A stretch of DNA of 63,985 nucleotides, the filler included, from Basidiobolus ranarum (lineage: Eukaryota): assembly GCA_040143965.1 (NCBI GenBank). It is 5 parts of 5 records of this genome, joined end to end, with 100 filler letters (N's around TTAATTAATTAA, not from the genome) between each part and the next. Parts side by side here need not be neighbours in the genome. Positions count along the whole stretch, not along the records: positions 13,305 to 26,457 come from JASJQH010000500.1; 4 more parts are not named here. One strand, written 5' to 3'. Below, piece by piece: positions 13,205 to 25,720 of this stretch. The notes below the pieces were generated by a model that saw nothing but the letters and a program-made list of their open reading frames with translations, made no database searches and was not told where the DNA came from. The stretch's first letter is position 1; each line of letters opens with the position of its first letter. Made by a program: the position numbers and the translations under genes.

Positions 13205-13304
13205 NNNNNNNNNNNNNNNNNNNNNNNNNNNNNNNNNNNNNNNNNNNNTTAATTAATTAANNNNNNNNNNNNNNNNNNNNNNNNNNNNNNNNNNNNNNNN
13301 NNNN
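13205..13304. other. Assembly gap with artificial linker N44-TTAATTAATTAA-N44
   Basis: Identical 100-nt structure occurs four times; the linker has stops in all six frames. Confidence 0.99.
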
Positions 13305-13406
13305 GAAAGTACCCTTCAGAAGTTGGGAGGCTTGTTCCGAGAGAACTTCAAGACTTACGAAGATCAGGCCACTGAGGAAATTCTTGCAGCTGGCCCTCAT
13401 GTATAA
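13305..13406 (+). CDS. PCK1: 3' end of ATP-dependent phosphoenolpyruvate carboxykinase (rest lost in gap)
   Basis: Translates as ESTLQKLGGLFRENFKTYEDQATEEILAAGPHV*, matching the conserved fungal PEPCK C-terminal pattern L..LF..NF..Y...AT..(V/I)LAAGP. Begins exactly at the gap edge. Confidence 0.85.
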   Translation, partial: ESTLQKLGGLFRENFKTYEDQATEEILAAGPHV

Positions 13407-14266
13407 AGATTTGACTAAGATTACCATGTGCCTCTTGCACCAACTGTTTCTATCACACAATTGCATCTCCTGTATACCCAATGAATTTTCAGTATCTATA
13501 TATCTGTAAGAGAATAAATGTCAAAATGAACACTTGCTTGTGGATAGCATAAAGGGCTGGACGAATGATTGGACATATGTAGTAAATATATAGGTGAGAA
13601 TACGGAAGACACCCATATTAATTCACTCTTATAATATATATATCGGAACGATTGCCCCATGGAACATTGTTGATGTGTTTCGAATTGAAATGAGCTTTTC
13701 TTAATCCTAGTTTGACTCCTCACACATATCATCTAATTATGTTCAACCTTTCCTTTTCCCCTGAAGCAATAGAACCTTTGTACCCATTTATCATAGAGAA
13801 AGTTATATGGCATATTGGATGTAGGAGGTTTTAGCGTGTTATTATTAAATTTTGTGCCATGTTTAGGAAATTAGATGATTTAACTCAGCAGATGACGAAA
13901 TGGATTAAAGTATGCACATATCTAAACATTGATGAGGTAAAAGGAGTTGAATTTAGCAAATCAAGGATTAATGGAAGTAGGGTAGAGAAGTATAACGGAT
14001 CCCCCAATCCATGGAAACAAAATATTGAAGTAGGCGCAAGAATATTAACGGATGTGTTGGTGGTATCGCAAGTATTGATAATCATATTATGGAGTATCTA
14101 ACATATCTTGGTCACTTAAAAAGTTGGACATATTAACATAAACAGAAAAGCAAAGGAAATGGAACTATTCAGGAAATTCCTGAAAGTGCCTCCATTTGAA
14201 GTATTGGGAAATTGGTAGTATTGTAGTCAATAATCAAGCAGCCACAGTAGCCGGCATAATATACAT

Positions 14267-17200
14267 TCAAGGCGTAAGTACTTGTGAATCAGCGCGACCT
14301 ACAGATTTGATATCACTTCTGTATGGACTTTGTGCGGTCGAGTAAGGTACGGTTGACGCTGTTGATGACTCCAAAGATATCGACATAAAATGCTTCAAAT
14401 CAGGAGCGGAGTTCACTGATCTTTGCTTTGGTTTTAATTTTTCTGACATCCTTCCAAAGAAATTTCCTCGATTTCTCCCTCCCGCATTGTCTTTATAGAG
14501 GTGTAAAGAGTCATCTGATAAACTCGCCTCTAAGTGAGCAGGGTTACTCTTCCAGATAGATTCCTTTGGATTTGGCTCACTGTTGATTTTCCCTCGCCAA
14601 AATATTTTTCTAAATTTGAGCGACCGAGTCGCTGTCATTCGCGAGAGAGAAAATTCGTGTTCTACCAGCTCATCTTGACACTCTAGATTAATTTCGGTTT
14701 CATTTTTCGTAAACGGTACACCCGGTGAAAGCAACGCCATTGTAGGATCAATAGTAGTTGGCTAGGAATGATTTAAAGTGTGAATGTCAAGGAATCAATG
14801 AACTGATATTGCGATACATACTTTGCTTGTATTTATTTTGATGGACGGACGTTTGGTTGCATCCACCTTTGCGTTCGATAAAGAATTACTTGGTTTAGTA
14901 TAATCAAACTCCTCTTCTGGGGAATTGGAAACGGAATTAGAATGAACCAAGGAGTGTCCCCATGTTTTCCTACGATTCGATTTGTTCCGCGGCTTGATGA
15001 TAGCACCGGCACTAACAGATCGTTTAGTTTGATTGTTATCCAATTTCATCATGGCCGCATGCTCTAGAGTGCGAGAGGCAATGCATTCTTGAGTAAAAAG
15101 ATCGCCTAGCTTTATGTCAATTGAAGTACGTAGTGACTGAATCCTACTCGCATTATTGAGACCGCTTGATGGCTCCCGCATGAGAGTGGATTCAAACTGT
15201 GAGCTAGATTTTGATCTGTTCAGGAGTTCACTCTGCTCTTTTCGAAAGCAGAGGGATAATGAAGATGGCGATTGCTCTAGAACTTGAGGTTGAACGGATT
15301 GATGTCTGGCCCGTTTGGTTTTCGAAATAAGTTTAGAGAGTGTTTGAAACCAAAGATGTTTCTCTCTTTCGCATGTTGCTTGAAATTCGAGGATTGGCTT
15401 GGAAAGATATGATATCGTCCATACGTTACGGTCTGGATGTGATAAACGCAATATCAGTAAACGTGTCTTATGATTCAATTGCCAACTATAATAACTTACC
15501 ATCATTAAAGTCATGGATGTCTATCTTATGCAAAGGAAGCCAATGCTTAGGCTCATATGAAGTCGCCTTCTTGGCTTTAATAATTAAAAGGTAGCTTTCA
15601 AAAAGTACACAACCATGGTATTTCACTTTTTGTGACTGTGCTTGACAATTTACTACTAGTAAAGCGCCTGCTATGACAATGCTACCTAGGCTATGGACAA
15701 ACTCCAAACTCAGTCCCTGATTTTACCAAATTAGTAGATGTTCTTATGAAAATAAAGTATTCCGCCAAACTTACAGGTACGCATTCCAATCTATTCCTCA
15801 AGATCTTGGCCTTCTCACGGCCTTCTTTTTGTCTCTTTTTCTCGTTAATTTCTCGAGCAATACGTCTGATAAGATTCCGGGCCGAGAGTACTTCCCTGAA
15901 GGCCAATGTATCCTTCTGTGTGGATTCCATCAGTTTCTATGAATGACGTTGACAACTTTAGTACCCCTAATCGAGTTACATGTTTATGCTACTAATGAAA
16001 TTTATACCTCTAAGAGCAAGGGGTATCTACATATGCGTTGGATAGGCTAGAAAAAGAGAGTTAGGATATCTCATGTTAAAGATACTTGGAGTTATTTACC
16101 TCCATTAAATAGCTCTGGATGGGTAGTCTGGTGGTTTTAGATTCTCGTTGAATGTCCGCGGCGCATTCCTATTCAGCAATAGTGTAAGTACAAAGAATAA
16201 CTCTACGGTATAAATAAGCACTTATATTCACCTCGGTGAAGGATACCCAGTCTGCTCTCTTTTCCAGCTCTGTCAAAGCTCTCTGAGCACTATCATGCTC
16301 CGAACAGTAAGGGATATATACTCGGAACTGTTTACTCAATATCAAAAAGCAATGAGCTGGGTTGGTACCTGAAGTAGCCCAGTCACTCTTCTTGATCATT
16401 TGATAAGAGGCTTCAAGAGATTGCAAAAATGTATCTTGAAAGTGAACTAGTTCATGAATATTCCTAGTAATATCGCTTTTCTGATCGTACGAAACCCAAT
16501 CTAGCTTCTCCAAACGAGCTATAAAGCACTTCAGGGATAAAAAGAGAGTAAGTTTTTAAACCATTAATCGTCAATAAAACTAAGGATTACATGGAGAAGA
16601 CTACGCAGAACTTGAACGTATTGTCGCTCCGTTTCGATCAACTCTTGGAAAATCAGTGACCATAGGAGGGCTGACTTTTCATTCAAGGGTTGTCCAGTGT
16701 GTTCCCCGCTCTCATCATCTGCCATGATGATCGGCTCAGTGGTTAATTCTTCAGTAAATAAAGCCTTACTTTGCACTTTGTCTGTATTGCTCGACGATTT
16801 CTCCCCACGGCTTTTCTGAGAGTGCAAGGTGGAGGCTCTTTTAAAAGACACATTTTTGGACCTTCCTGAAACGGTAGAGCGTGTCTCTGAGCGATAAAGA
16901 CCGGAGGCATCTGTACTACTTCGAATTCTTTGATGGGAAAGTCTTGTCTTAGGGCCCTCATTGGTGTATGTCATATCAGAGTTTGCTAGTAATGTATATA
17001 GTGGTGTATTTTCATCTATGTTGACCTGTGCTGACTTTGATACTAATAATGCTGGTTAATATAAATGAGTCTTCTTAGATAAAGAAATAGTAATACTGAC
17101 AAGAATATCGGTCGCGGTTAGAGTTATTTCTGGGGTCGTACTGTCTAAGGGAGCCTCGATTAGCTTCAACTGCAGCGGCAGTCTATTCAAAATGAAAACA

Positions 17201-17777
17201 AGTTAGACAAGGTCAGAAAGCAGTATGGTAGTTACTCCCTGACTTAGTACTGGAGTATGATAAACTAAAGGTCAGTTTAATACAAAACATCGTCACACCC
17301 AAACCGTGTCCATACAGAATCCAATTTTTTTGTTAATATTACCTTTACGAGAAGCTTTACCAACGTTCCATCATAATTTTCATCTGAATCAAAGCTCATC
17401 TGCTCGTTGTCACTTGGGGTTGGAGGCAGTGTATCCAGATCGATCTTCAGATAATCTTTGAGTAGTTTTAAGGTTCCAGCTCTGGTCAATTGAGATATTT
17501 CATTTGGGCTTAATCTGGTGTCATCTAAACTGGGTTGCGCTGGTGAGGAAGGTTCGTTGAAGTTACTGTCTATACTTATGCTCAGATTTCGAAATCCCTC
17601 TATATTCTCCGAAGCTTCTAAGTTACTGATTTTCACCTTCTCAAATACTTCTTCCACATGTTCTGACTGTTGTAGGAGAGTTAGGAGTTGTGTGGGAGTA
17701 AGTGAATTCGGACTTCGTTCATCATAGTTCACCACTTTTGTAGTATTATCGAGTACTGTTGCGGCAAGAGTAGACAT
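14267..17777 (-). CDS. Multi-exon Dbl-homology/PH Rho guanine nucleotide exchange factor; exon boundaries and 3' end approximate
   Basis: DH motifs across exons: IFQELIETERQYV, NIHELVHFQDTFL, FRVYIPYC, LPIQSYLMEPIQRICRYPLLL, REINEKKR. PH-like GSIVIAGALL...CVLFESYLLIIK...EFQATCEREKHLWFQTL. GT-AG introns between track ORFs. Confidence 0.88.
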
Positions 17778-19091
17778 CGCTGTTCCTTACTTTATGATGG
17801 AATATCTATATGTGTATGCACGCTCTATGGAAACCCCTTTCAAACTCTAGAAATGTTATTCTTACAATAAGTTGTTTATCAATAACTCAAATGGAAGTTT
17901 CTTTCAAGGGAAGGTTTTCTCAAGAAGACAATGGAATTGGAAAGATTGGGAAGAAGCGTTGATGATAGGAGAGCAAACAAAATAGTGTTTACTAAGCGAG
18001 TATCAGGAGTATGCCGATCTTTAAGAAGCAGGTGTGCAGGCTATACAGTGTTAGGAACGTGGTTGAATAGATAATGTCTGCTGTGGATAAGACGTGACCA
18101 CTGCTGTGACCACTGCTGCCAATTCCACCAAATCTAACTCTTCCCCATCTGACTCCGTGACTGTCAAACGAGATCGAGATCCGATTCAATGTTTTAAACT
18201 TCAATATCTTATTCTTTTCTGTCTCTTACTTCAATATTCGATTCCATCATAAGTACTGATGAGCAGCTATGAGCAATGATTCCCTCATATTTCAATGATA
18301 AGTGCTGATGAGCAGTGCTCACGTGAAAGATCTACTTTGTTTAACTTATAATAATCAGTGCCGTGTGCCATGTCCCGTATGCCTATCAATCCCATCTATG
18401 AAATGCCAGTGCAAGTGCCAGTGCCTATTATTTTAGATTAATTAGGAGAATTGTCAACAAGCGTTACTTCTGGTATCCATGCTTCATGCAGCTTGTCAAC
18501 AAGTATATCCGATTCCTGCCCGCGCTTCTTGTGTTGAATCATTTGCGGTTATCTGAAGGCGTCCCCCTTGTCTCAGCCAAATGATTTGTCCTGCAGAATG
18601 ACGTGCAAACTCTACAACTGTCCTACCATAAAGCTCAAAGTAAACTCGGTAACTTTATGGGTCGGCAAGATTCGATGCGATATGTAGGGGCAATGGGAAG
18701 GTTACTATTAGCTTTATCCTTATATAGCCGGTATTTCATTCGCGTTCTTTGCGCTTCATATAAATATTTGGTATGATGCATAAATGGAAGTTATATATAA
18801 TTCGAAAGTGAAGATCGTATAGATATTGGCACATCGAGATATGCATGTATAAATTAGCAACTATAAGTAATATATGGCTCCAACTGACACCCCTATCATC
18901 CACACTTATACTGCTACCATTCACACTTGCTGGTACTGTATGAATCGTATCATTTATTAAATTTGTCTGTCAAAGTAGGAATAGTCTGTATGATTCAAGT
19001 GCCTCTATAAATTCGTGAAACCAAGTAAGCAGTGCAAACACTCAACGAACAACATGTGAGTTCAAAAACTAGGTGTATGTACATTCTGGGC

Positions 19092-20480
19092 CTAACCCTT
19101 TTGTTTGGGGTTTTTTGGCATCTCGACAACATACATTATCGGTACAAATCGATCTACATCATCGTCATCCTCAAAGCTAACCCGGTATGTCCCTTCATAG
19201 TTGGGCTCCTTAACCTGATATAAACACACGTTAGAAATGTCCACCACTTTACTTGATGGAATTACAGTACCTTGCTCGGTGGAAGTACCACAGTGGCTTT
19301 GTAAAAACATGTAGTGTTGGGATATAAAGCCAATACGACATGATCAATCCCAAACTCAGGTATTTCGCCGACGGTGTATTCTTCAGGCAATGGGATAATA
19401 TTACGTAGTGGAAGATTGTATTTCCTATTATAAGTCAACTTAGTAATCTTTCAACTTGCCTAATAATTATGAAAGAAAATTACATTCGCTTGCCGTTCTC
19501 GTCCACCTCTGCATCTTCAACTTGGTACCTTGATGATCATCATGAATAAAATCATTAATGCGATGAGAAGAAGTTGCTGTGCTAAGGTGATTCATTGATT
19601 TACTTGTTTTTTTCTGGGAGATATTGTAATACCACAGCCAAAATCCACTCTTGACTTTTGTCCTTGGTTTTTGGTGTTTTAGCTGCGACCTGGATTGGAA
19701 TATCGATCTTATGTCAGCAATGGGGTCATGGTATTCGATTGATATTTAAAATACTTACATAGCTACGCTTAGGTATAATAGTGCCATTGTCATATGAGGG
19801 CGTATGGCTATAAGAAATCGAATATTTATGATTCCACTTGCGCATATACTCAGAAAATTTCTTTTTCAGTACCTTTTAGCTTTTTTGAAACTAGGCAAGC
19901 TACCTAGACTGCTTACACTATCAACTGAGTCTTTACGCTTTTTACGCTTACTATCTGTATAGGAGAACGGAACTATAAGAGAAAGTCAAATTCACGAACG
20001 AACGGAAGAACATACCTAGTTCAGGCGCGTCTCTAAGCGCAATTAATATTCCAAGATTTTCAAGTGCGTGAGTTATGTATCTGAAAATGTAAGAATATTT
20101 CCCGTCAGTTTCGCTATCAAAATGCTGACTTCTCACTTTCTTTACGTATAGACATACTTCTGCTCCCGGGAAACGTTCTCATCTCCTTCTTTGTATAGTC
20201 GACCTAAATTAACGCTTAGACTCTGAATCGGACCTATAAACAAATAATAAAATGAACTTTTAGAAAAAATGGTTGAAAGTGAAAATGGAAATGAACCTTT
20301 TAAACTACCTTCATCTTCCACCAACTCGTGTAATTTGTTTATCTGAGAGAAAATATCCACTCCTTCCTCCTGAATTGCCTCCAACTTCCCTAACTCTCGA
20401 CAAACTTTTTCCCATATGCTAATCTCCTCTTGATCCTCATGTGTACGCGACCTAACGGAACGCTTTCGCTCTACAGACAT
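19092..20480 (-). CDS. SGF29: SAGA complex subunit Sgf29 (tandem Tudor H3K4me reader), multi-exon
   Basis: Spliced translation gives VAAK...QEWILAVV...NKYQVEDAE...IIPLP...VLALYPNTTCFYKATV...YRVSFEDDD, the SGF29 double-Tudor signature. ATG at 20480. Confidence 0.9.
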
Positions 20481-21146
20481 ACCTAACACTCAACTTAACA
20501 CAGCAAATGGAATTTCAAACTAAATCGATAAATTAATTATGTATGTATAAATATCTTCACCAATTTAATCAACAAAACTAATTACATCTCATGCAATTTT
20601 TTTCCTTCATTCTCAACCTTTGATTCATCCAACAATATAAATGGTATAATTCAAGTCTTATCCGAAGTCAACTGTACTTTAACTGGTCAGAATTTGATAT
20701 TTACCTTGAACGAGCGGGCAGGGCTACAAGTAGAATGCTACGTGATCTGATAATCAGTATTATTTATCGATGGAAGTGCTTCTTGCGCGATGCAGGCGAT
20801 ATTTTGAATTATTATTTGACCATTTATGACTTCACTAAACATCTATTGTGTGATGTTTCATATTAAAGGTAACTCAGCATACGAATCAATTGTATGGAAG
20901 TATATAACTACCACAAGGCATATTCTTTATAAACAATGACCCAATAATGATCAAGTACAGCAGCGATACAAGTGAGTGATGGATGAGACAGAGACATAAG
21001 GCTTAAAGGGGCTTCAAGGGGCTAAAGACGCAAGTCAGGGGAAAAGAAGGGGTACAAAATGTATAAAATCGTTCGTAGATAGCCTTTGATAAACGTCAGC
21101 CCTTTGATACTCCAATCCACACGGCAACTTCCCACCTCAGCCCATT

Positions 21147-21410
21147 ATGCACCCAAAATCTTTCCTCGCCATCAGTTTGTTAGCATTGGTTGCTGTTCAA
21201 CCTATTCAAGCTTCTTTCCTTGATACAGTCAAAGAATTCTTTCAAGTGAAAGTACCTGATACTCCTGCTCCCAAAGCTCCAGAAACCCCCCAAGCTCCAG
21301 AGGCTCCAAAAGCACCTGAGGCACCCGCAGCTCCACCTGCAGCCCCACCTGCCCCAGAAGCACCTAAAGGATCAACAGGGCAGCAAGCACAAGCGGACAG
21401 ACCACTCTAG
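21147..21410 (+). CDS. Small secreted Pro/Ala-rich protein (87 aa)
   Basis: Signal-peptide-like MHPKSFLAISLLALVAVQPIQA; P(K/Q/A)AP(E/P)(A/T) repeats; TATAAAA at ~21062. Confidence 0.8.
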   Translation: MHPKSFLAISLLALVAVQPIQASFLDTVKEFFQVKVPDTPAPKAPETPQAPEAPKAPEAPAAPPAAPPAPEAPKGSTGQQAQADRPL

Positions 21411-22723
21411 AGTTTATGATAAGTATCAGTGTAAATCCAATCATGGCTCTAATACACGTATAAGACGATTTATATGGATTTAATGATAGCTTGTTTATTT
21501 CAAACAGCTACTCTCTTATATAAGGATTCTCCTTTCACGTTTAACTTGATTAATCGCTACAATATCATTTAATCTTACTAGTCTAAATAAACCTCCAATG
21601 TTTAACACATTCCATTGATGCAAGTGAACAGAATGCACTGTTCATATATTTAAAGGCAACTTATATAGATTCCTTTTTCACCAGTGTATCGAAATAATTT
21701 TAATTGAACATTTTGCTTAAATAGAGGGTTTCTCAAGTCAGTAAACGGTGAACTACCCGGGTTGCAATCCGGGTTCACCTGGGGTATCTTAATCAAAATT
21801 GAGTAATATGCCCAGATTACATCATATTGAAAACTAATTGTTATTATAAAATAACAGGTAAAAGTTTCCTACTGAGAATTAATTTTCCACACAGTATCAT
21901 CTCGCGATTTTGAATCATCAGTGAGATGATATTCAATTGTGGGATTGTAACATTCACTACATAAAACAATTATCTATATTTCTGAAACGATTGGATTAGA
22001 TAAATATCTAGTTTACATATTTGGCATCATTGAACTAACATATGTATGATCAAGTGTATCTCTATTTCGTTGATGGTGAATCAAAGGTCAATTCTGCTCT
22101 AAACATTGAAAAGAGAGCAGCTGCCATCTTCAGAAAGAGTTGATTTCACCTGAAAGTTGGCTATCTTTTGATGACATCAAATAATGTTTGTTCTCTTGCT
22201 TTATGGTATTTTTCATTTCGACCTATAATATTACATATCCCATATTTCATGTCACATGTGAGTTTCTTTATAAACTGAGGCTTATCCACAATAGTTACTT
22301 CAGCCTAGTGATGATCTTAAATAGCAAAAGTCAAGCTCAACAATCTGATCTACGATTTGATGTGAATTCATGTTCTGAGGGCACCTTATATCAAACTTAC
22401 TTTATTAAAAATATGTTATATGTGGAACTACAGATTAAGACCAATCAATACAAAACAATAATTCATAAGTTGGACCTTTCGTTGCTACGCATAGTTCAGC
22501 ATAGATACTATGATTAGACGCAGTGAACTAAGAGTTATCAAGCGATGGAAATCGGTATAATTGTAAAATTATAATACTTTATCTGCCTACATTTACGTTG
22601 TTGTTAGGAAGCAGCGATGCTGTGAAAATGTATCTCCGATCTAGCTAGGTGTATTGAGATGAAGAGGTAGCCAGAATATCTTAGGGTTAGGGTATTTGAT
22701 GGTCAAACTTTTTTGAACCAGGA

Positions 22724-24016
22724 CTAGTCAAGTTCCCATTTATCCCAATCCATGCTATGTACGGTATCAGTGGGATGTGTCCGAAGTAGAACTAGCAATC
22801 GTCCTATATTGGATGAGTAGGTACCAATAAACTCATCAGCTGTAGCTGCTAATGTAATGTCAGTGATGAGCTCTGCGGTTTGGAGAAACTGATACTCCTT
22901 ATCAGATTCAACAAAGTTTTTCTGGTCATAACCTTCTCGTTGTTGAATAGGTTTCCAGGTTTTTGCGAGCTGGGGTTGGCGATTAAAGGCATCAATCAAG
23001 GTGAAAATTTGAATTTTAGAGTGGTCAGCTAGTAAAGTTCGCAACATAGCAATGGGTTTATCTTCATCGGAAAACACAAAAAGTGCAATATGTCTTCCAT
23101 GATACTTGTTATCCACTAAATTTCGCACTTTTTCAGCGTATAAAGAGATTGATAAATCCTTCGCTTCTGCTCTAATCTTATCTCCACGACGAATATGCAT
23201 GGAAATAAACACTTTCTTATCCTTCTCAACATAGAGTTCCCGTGTTTTTACCACAACATCTTTGATTAAAGCCTTGGGCTCCCATAATGCTTGTGTCACG
23301 ATTTGTTTTCTTTCAAATACTGGTTCCTTTATCTTGCCCAATTGCACCTGATAAAGCTCTTGAAAATTTTCATCCGAATGTTGCACAGTGATATGGCCTT
23401 GATAGCTGGTAGAGCTGATATCTATATGCTTCCATTGGGGACTGTTCCACCATTTATGAAGCCCATAGTAGTGCCCAGTTAGACCAATAGGTGCGGAAGA
23501 GTTACTTGTATAGTCTTCAAAGAATAGTGGCCATGAAGAATAACACCAATCAAGTGATATGACATGGAAGGCGACGTTGTTATCAAGGGCAACTAGAAAT
23601 AAGTTGAAAAGGTTGTTCACATAGCTTCCAAATCCCACGGAGCATCCTTGTAGCATATACGTCACGGAAGGTGTGTCTATAGTATAGCCTGGGGGTGGAT
23701 ACGAGTTTCTAAAGTTAAGAACCTCCTCCGAAGAATACCAAGGTTTTCCAGTTATAAGGTTAGAATCTTTTGCAACCCAATCGCTAGGACGGAAATAAAA
23801 GCTTCTAAGAAAGTGCACCCCGATAGGAATACAACACAAGATGACTATGAAGCAAATAACCATAGACAAACATGAATATCTCGACTTCTTGGAATACCGT
23901 TTATCTTGACTATCAAGTAAAGTCCATTTGTGTGATATAAAAATATTGGAAAAGTATGCTCTCCAACAGCATATAGTAGAGATAGACTTTGTGATAATCC
24001 GATACATCATAAGCAA
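22724..24016 (-). CDS. Type II membrane GDP-fucose glycosyltransferase, GT23 (FUT8/NodZ-like); start codon uncertain
   Basis: Fucosyltransferase motif I SMHIRRGDK, motif II FVFSDE, motif III DITLAATADEFIGTYSSNIGRL, upstream GFGSYVNN, N-terminal TM segment MVICFIVILCCIPIGVHFL. Confidence 0.85.
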   Translation of the reverse strand: MLMMYRIITKSISTICCWRAYFSNIFISHKWTLLDSQDKRYSKKSRYSCLSMVICFIVILCCIPIGVHFLRSFYFRPSDWVAKDSNLITGKPWYSSEEVLNFRNSYPPPGYTIDTPSVTYMLQGCSVGFGSYVNNLFNLFLVALDNNVAFHVISLDWCYSSWPLFFEDYTSNSSAPIGLTGHYYGLHKWWNSPQWKHIDISSTSYQGHITVQHSDENFQELYQVQLGKIKEPVFERKQIVTQALWEPKALIKDVVVKTRELYVEKDKKVFISMHIRRGDKIRAEAKDLSISLYAEKVRNLVDNKYHGRHIALFVFSDEDKPIAMLRTLLADHSKIQIFTLIDAFNRQPQLAKTWKPIQQREGYDQKNFVESDKEYQFLQTAELITDITLAATADEFIGTYSSNIGRLLVLLRTHPTDTVHSMDWDKWELD

Positions 24017-24477
24017 ACTTCAAATCTACTCAGCCCTAATGGTATATACATCATATGCTTATTTAGGGTACATTCTCGATACCCTGATCTCGAGATCTCG
24101 GCCTAAAAAGCTTAAATGAAACTCTTAAATTGGAATTATAATTATTTGAGAAGATTTAAACTAAGGGATATACATATTCAGAAATTCCGAAGAATATTCT
24201 TAGTGTGATCTCAATTCTTCCTATGTTTCGTTGTATATCTCGCCAAGTCAACCTAACAATCAATTTGAAGCTTATGTTATTTAAAAAAAGCATGTAAGTG
24301 TTAAGTATCAAAACCACTCTACTATGATGCATGAATTTCGAAATTAGAGATATGTGTTGTCTGAACTCAAATCCACTTAATATCAATCATACTAGGAAAA
24401 TCACATGTATGCAGTAAAGAAGACATTTGTTTCTACATTCGAAATATTTGTATAAAAGGTAAAACACTACTATTTAC

Positions 24478-24801
24478 TGTTGATGTATCTTGGGAGTTTG
24501 TTGGAAGTGGCTTGGAGAACTAGAGAAATTGGTGGATTTCACTTAGTGATTTATTGAGTAGAAAGTTGACATCTATAGCTTTGTCCAGAGGTAAACAAAC
24601 GAACATGTAGAATGTGCTAAGAAAGGTCCCAGGAGCATCTGTGCAAAATTAGGGGCCTCTAAGACAAGTTCTCAAAATATACATACCTTCAAACCACGAA
24701 GTAAATCCCTCTTGAGAATGGTGGCGTCAGTGAAATATGGAATAACTAAATACTAAGCTATATATGACTATATAGATGTTTAGCCTATGCTAATTTCAAT
24801 A
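24478..24801. mobile_element. Solo LTR-like repeat, family 1
   Basis: Aligns with 12616-12964. Flanks TTTAC/CTTAT may be a C>T-decayed 5-bp TSD. Confidence 0.7.
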
Positions 24802-25462
24802 CTTATCAATCAAAGGTAAGTTACACAATGCTCAGGTCTCTTCAATATTGGTATGCCAACCATTTGGCATCTGGAGTTTATCTAATTCTTTCCTGTTATA
24901 AGCTGCAAGTGCACGATAATAACAATGTGTAAGCCCTTTATTCACATTACCTGGTTATCAATCTCTATTGGTTAAATTTCCATATTTCATATTATGGTAT
25001 CTATCAAAGAATGGCCCATGATAGGCTTATAACTACATAATAATGATTAGGTTAGAAGCTATCAGACCAAATGTCAATATGATGAAGTGTAGCTGATCAG
25101 CCTGTTTATGCCAGAATAAGCCAGATAGTGGCAAATTGGTAAGTGCAGATAGATAACATATACAAAGCAATCTGATCCATTCTATTAATGTTTGTTCTAT
25201 ACTGATGCCCTGAGATATGTTGAATTGCTTCATGGTTAGAGTCTGTTACATCAACAAGGTTTGAATACAGTTGAATGCAATATTGGCGCACAAGTTGAAG
25301 TTCAAATTTATACCTGTGAACTTTCACACATTAGTTATATCCACGGAGCTATAAATTTTAAAGTAGGCTATGGTAGTGTTTCAAATCAACTAAGCTTGAA
25401 TAAAGAGGATACCATTTATTTCTAGCATATAGCTGCATATTGCGAATGAGGTAGAGTTATTC

Positions 25463-25720
25463 ATTTATTGAGTTGAAAGTTGACATTGAGAGTTTTGTCA
25501 AGATGTAAGCAGAAAAACATGTAAAATAAGTTACAAGAGGTCCCAGGAAAATGTATGCTAAGTTAGGCGCTTCTAACAGAAGTTTAAAAAACTATATATC
25601 GGAGAACTTCTAAGTAAATACAGATTGAGGATAGTGAGTGATATCTTAGTTCAATATAGGATAACTAAGTACTAAGCTATATATGCCTATATAAATTTTT
25701 AGGCAATGCTAATTTCAACA
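25463..25720. mobile_element. Truncated family-1 LTR
   Basis: Aligns with ~12690-12964; ends GCTAATTTCAACA. Confidence 0.7.

Noticed and set aside
13249-13260. Recurrent TTAATTAATTAA palindrome (four copies)
   Set aside because: Always centred between 44-N runs; it is an artificial scaffold linker.
18304-18330. CTGATGA...GAAA hammerhead-like core
   Set aside because: Stem II cannot pair properly between CUGAUGA and GAAA, and no closing stems were found.
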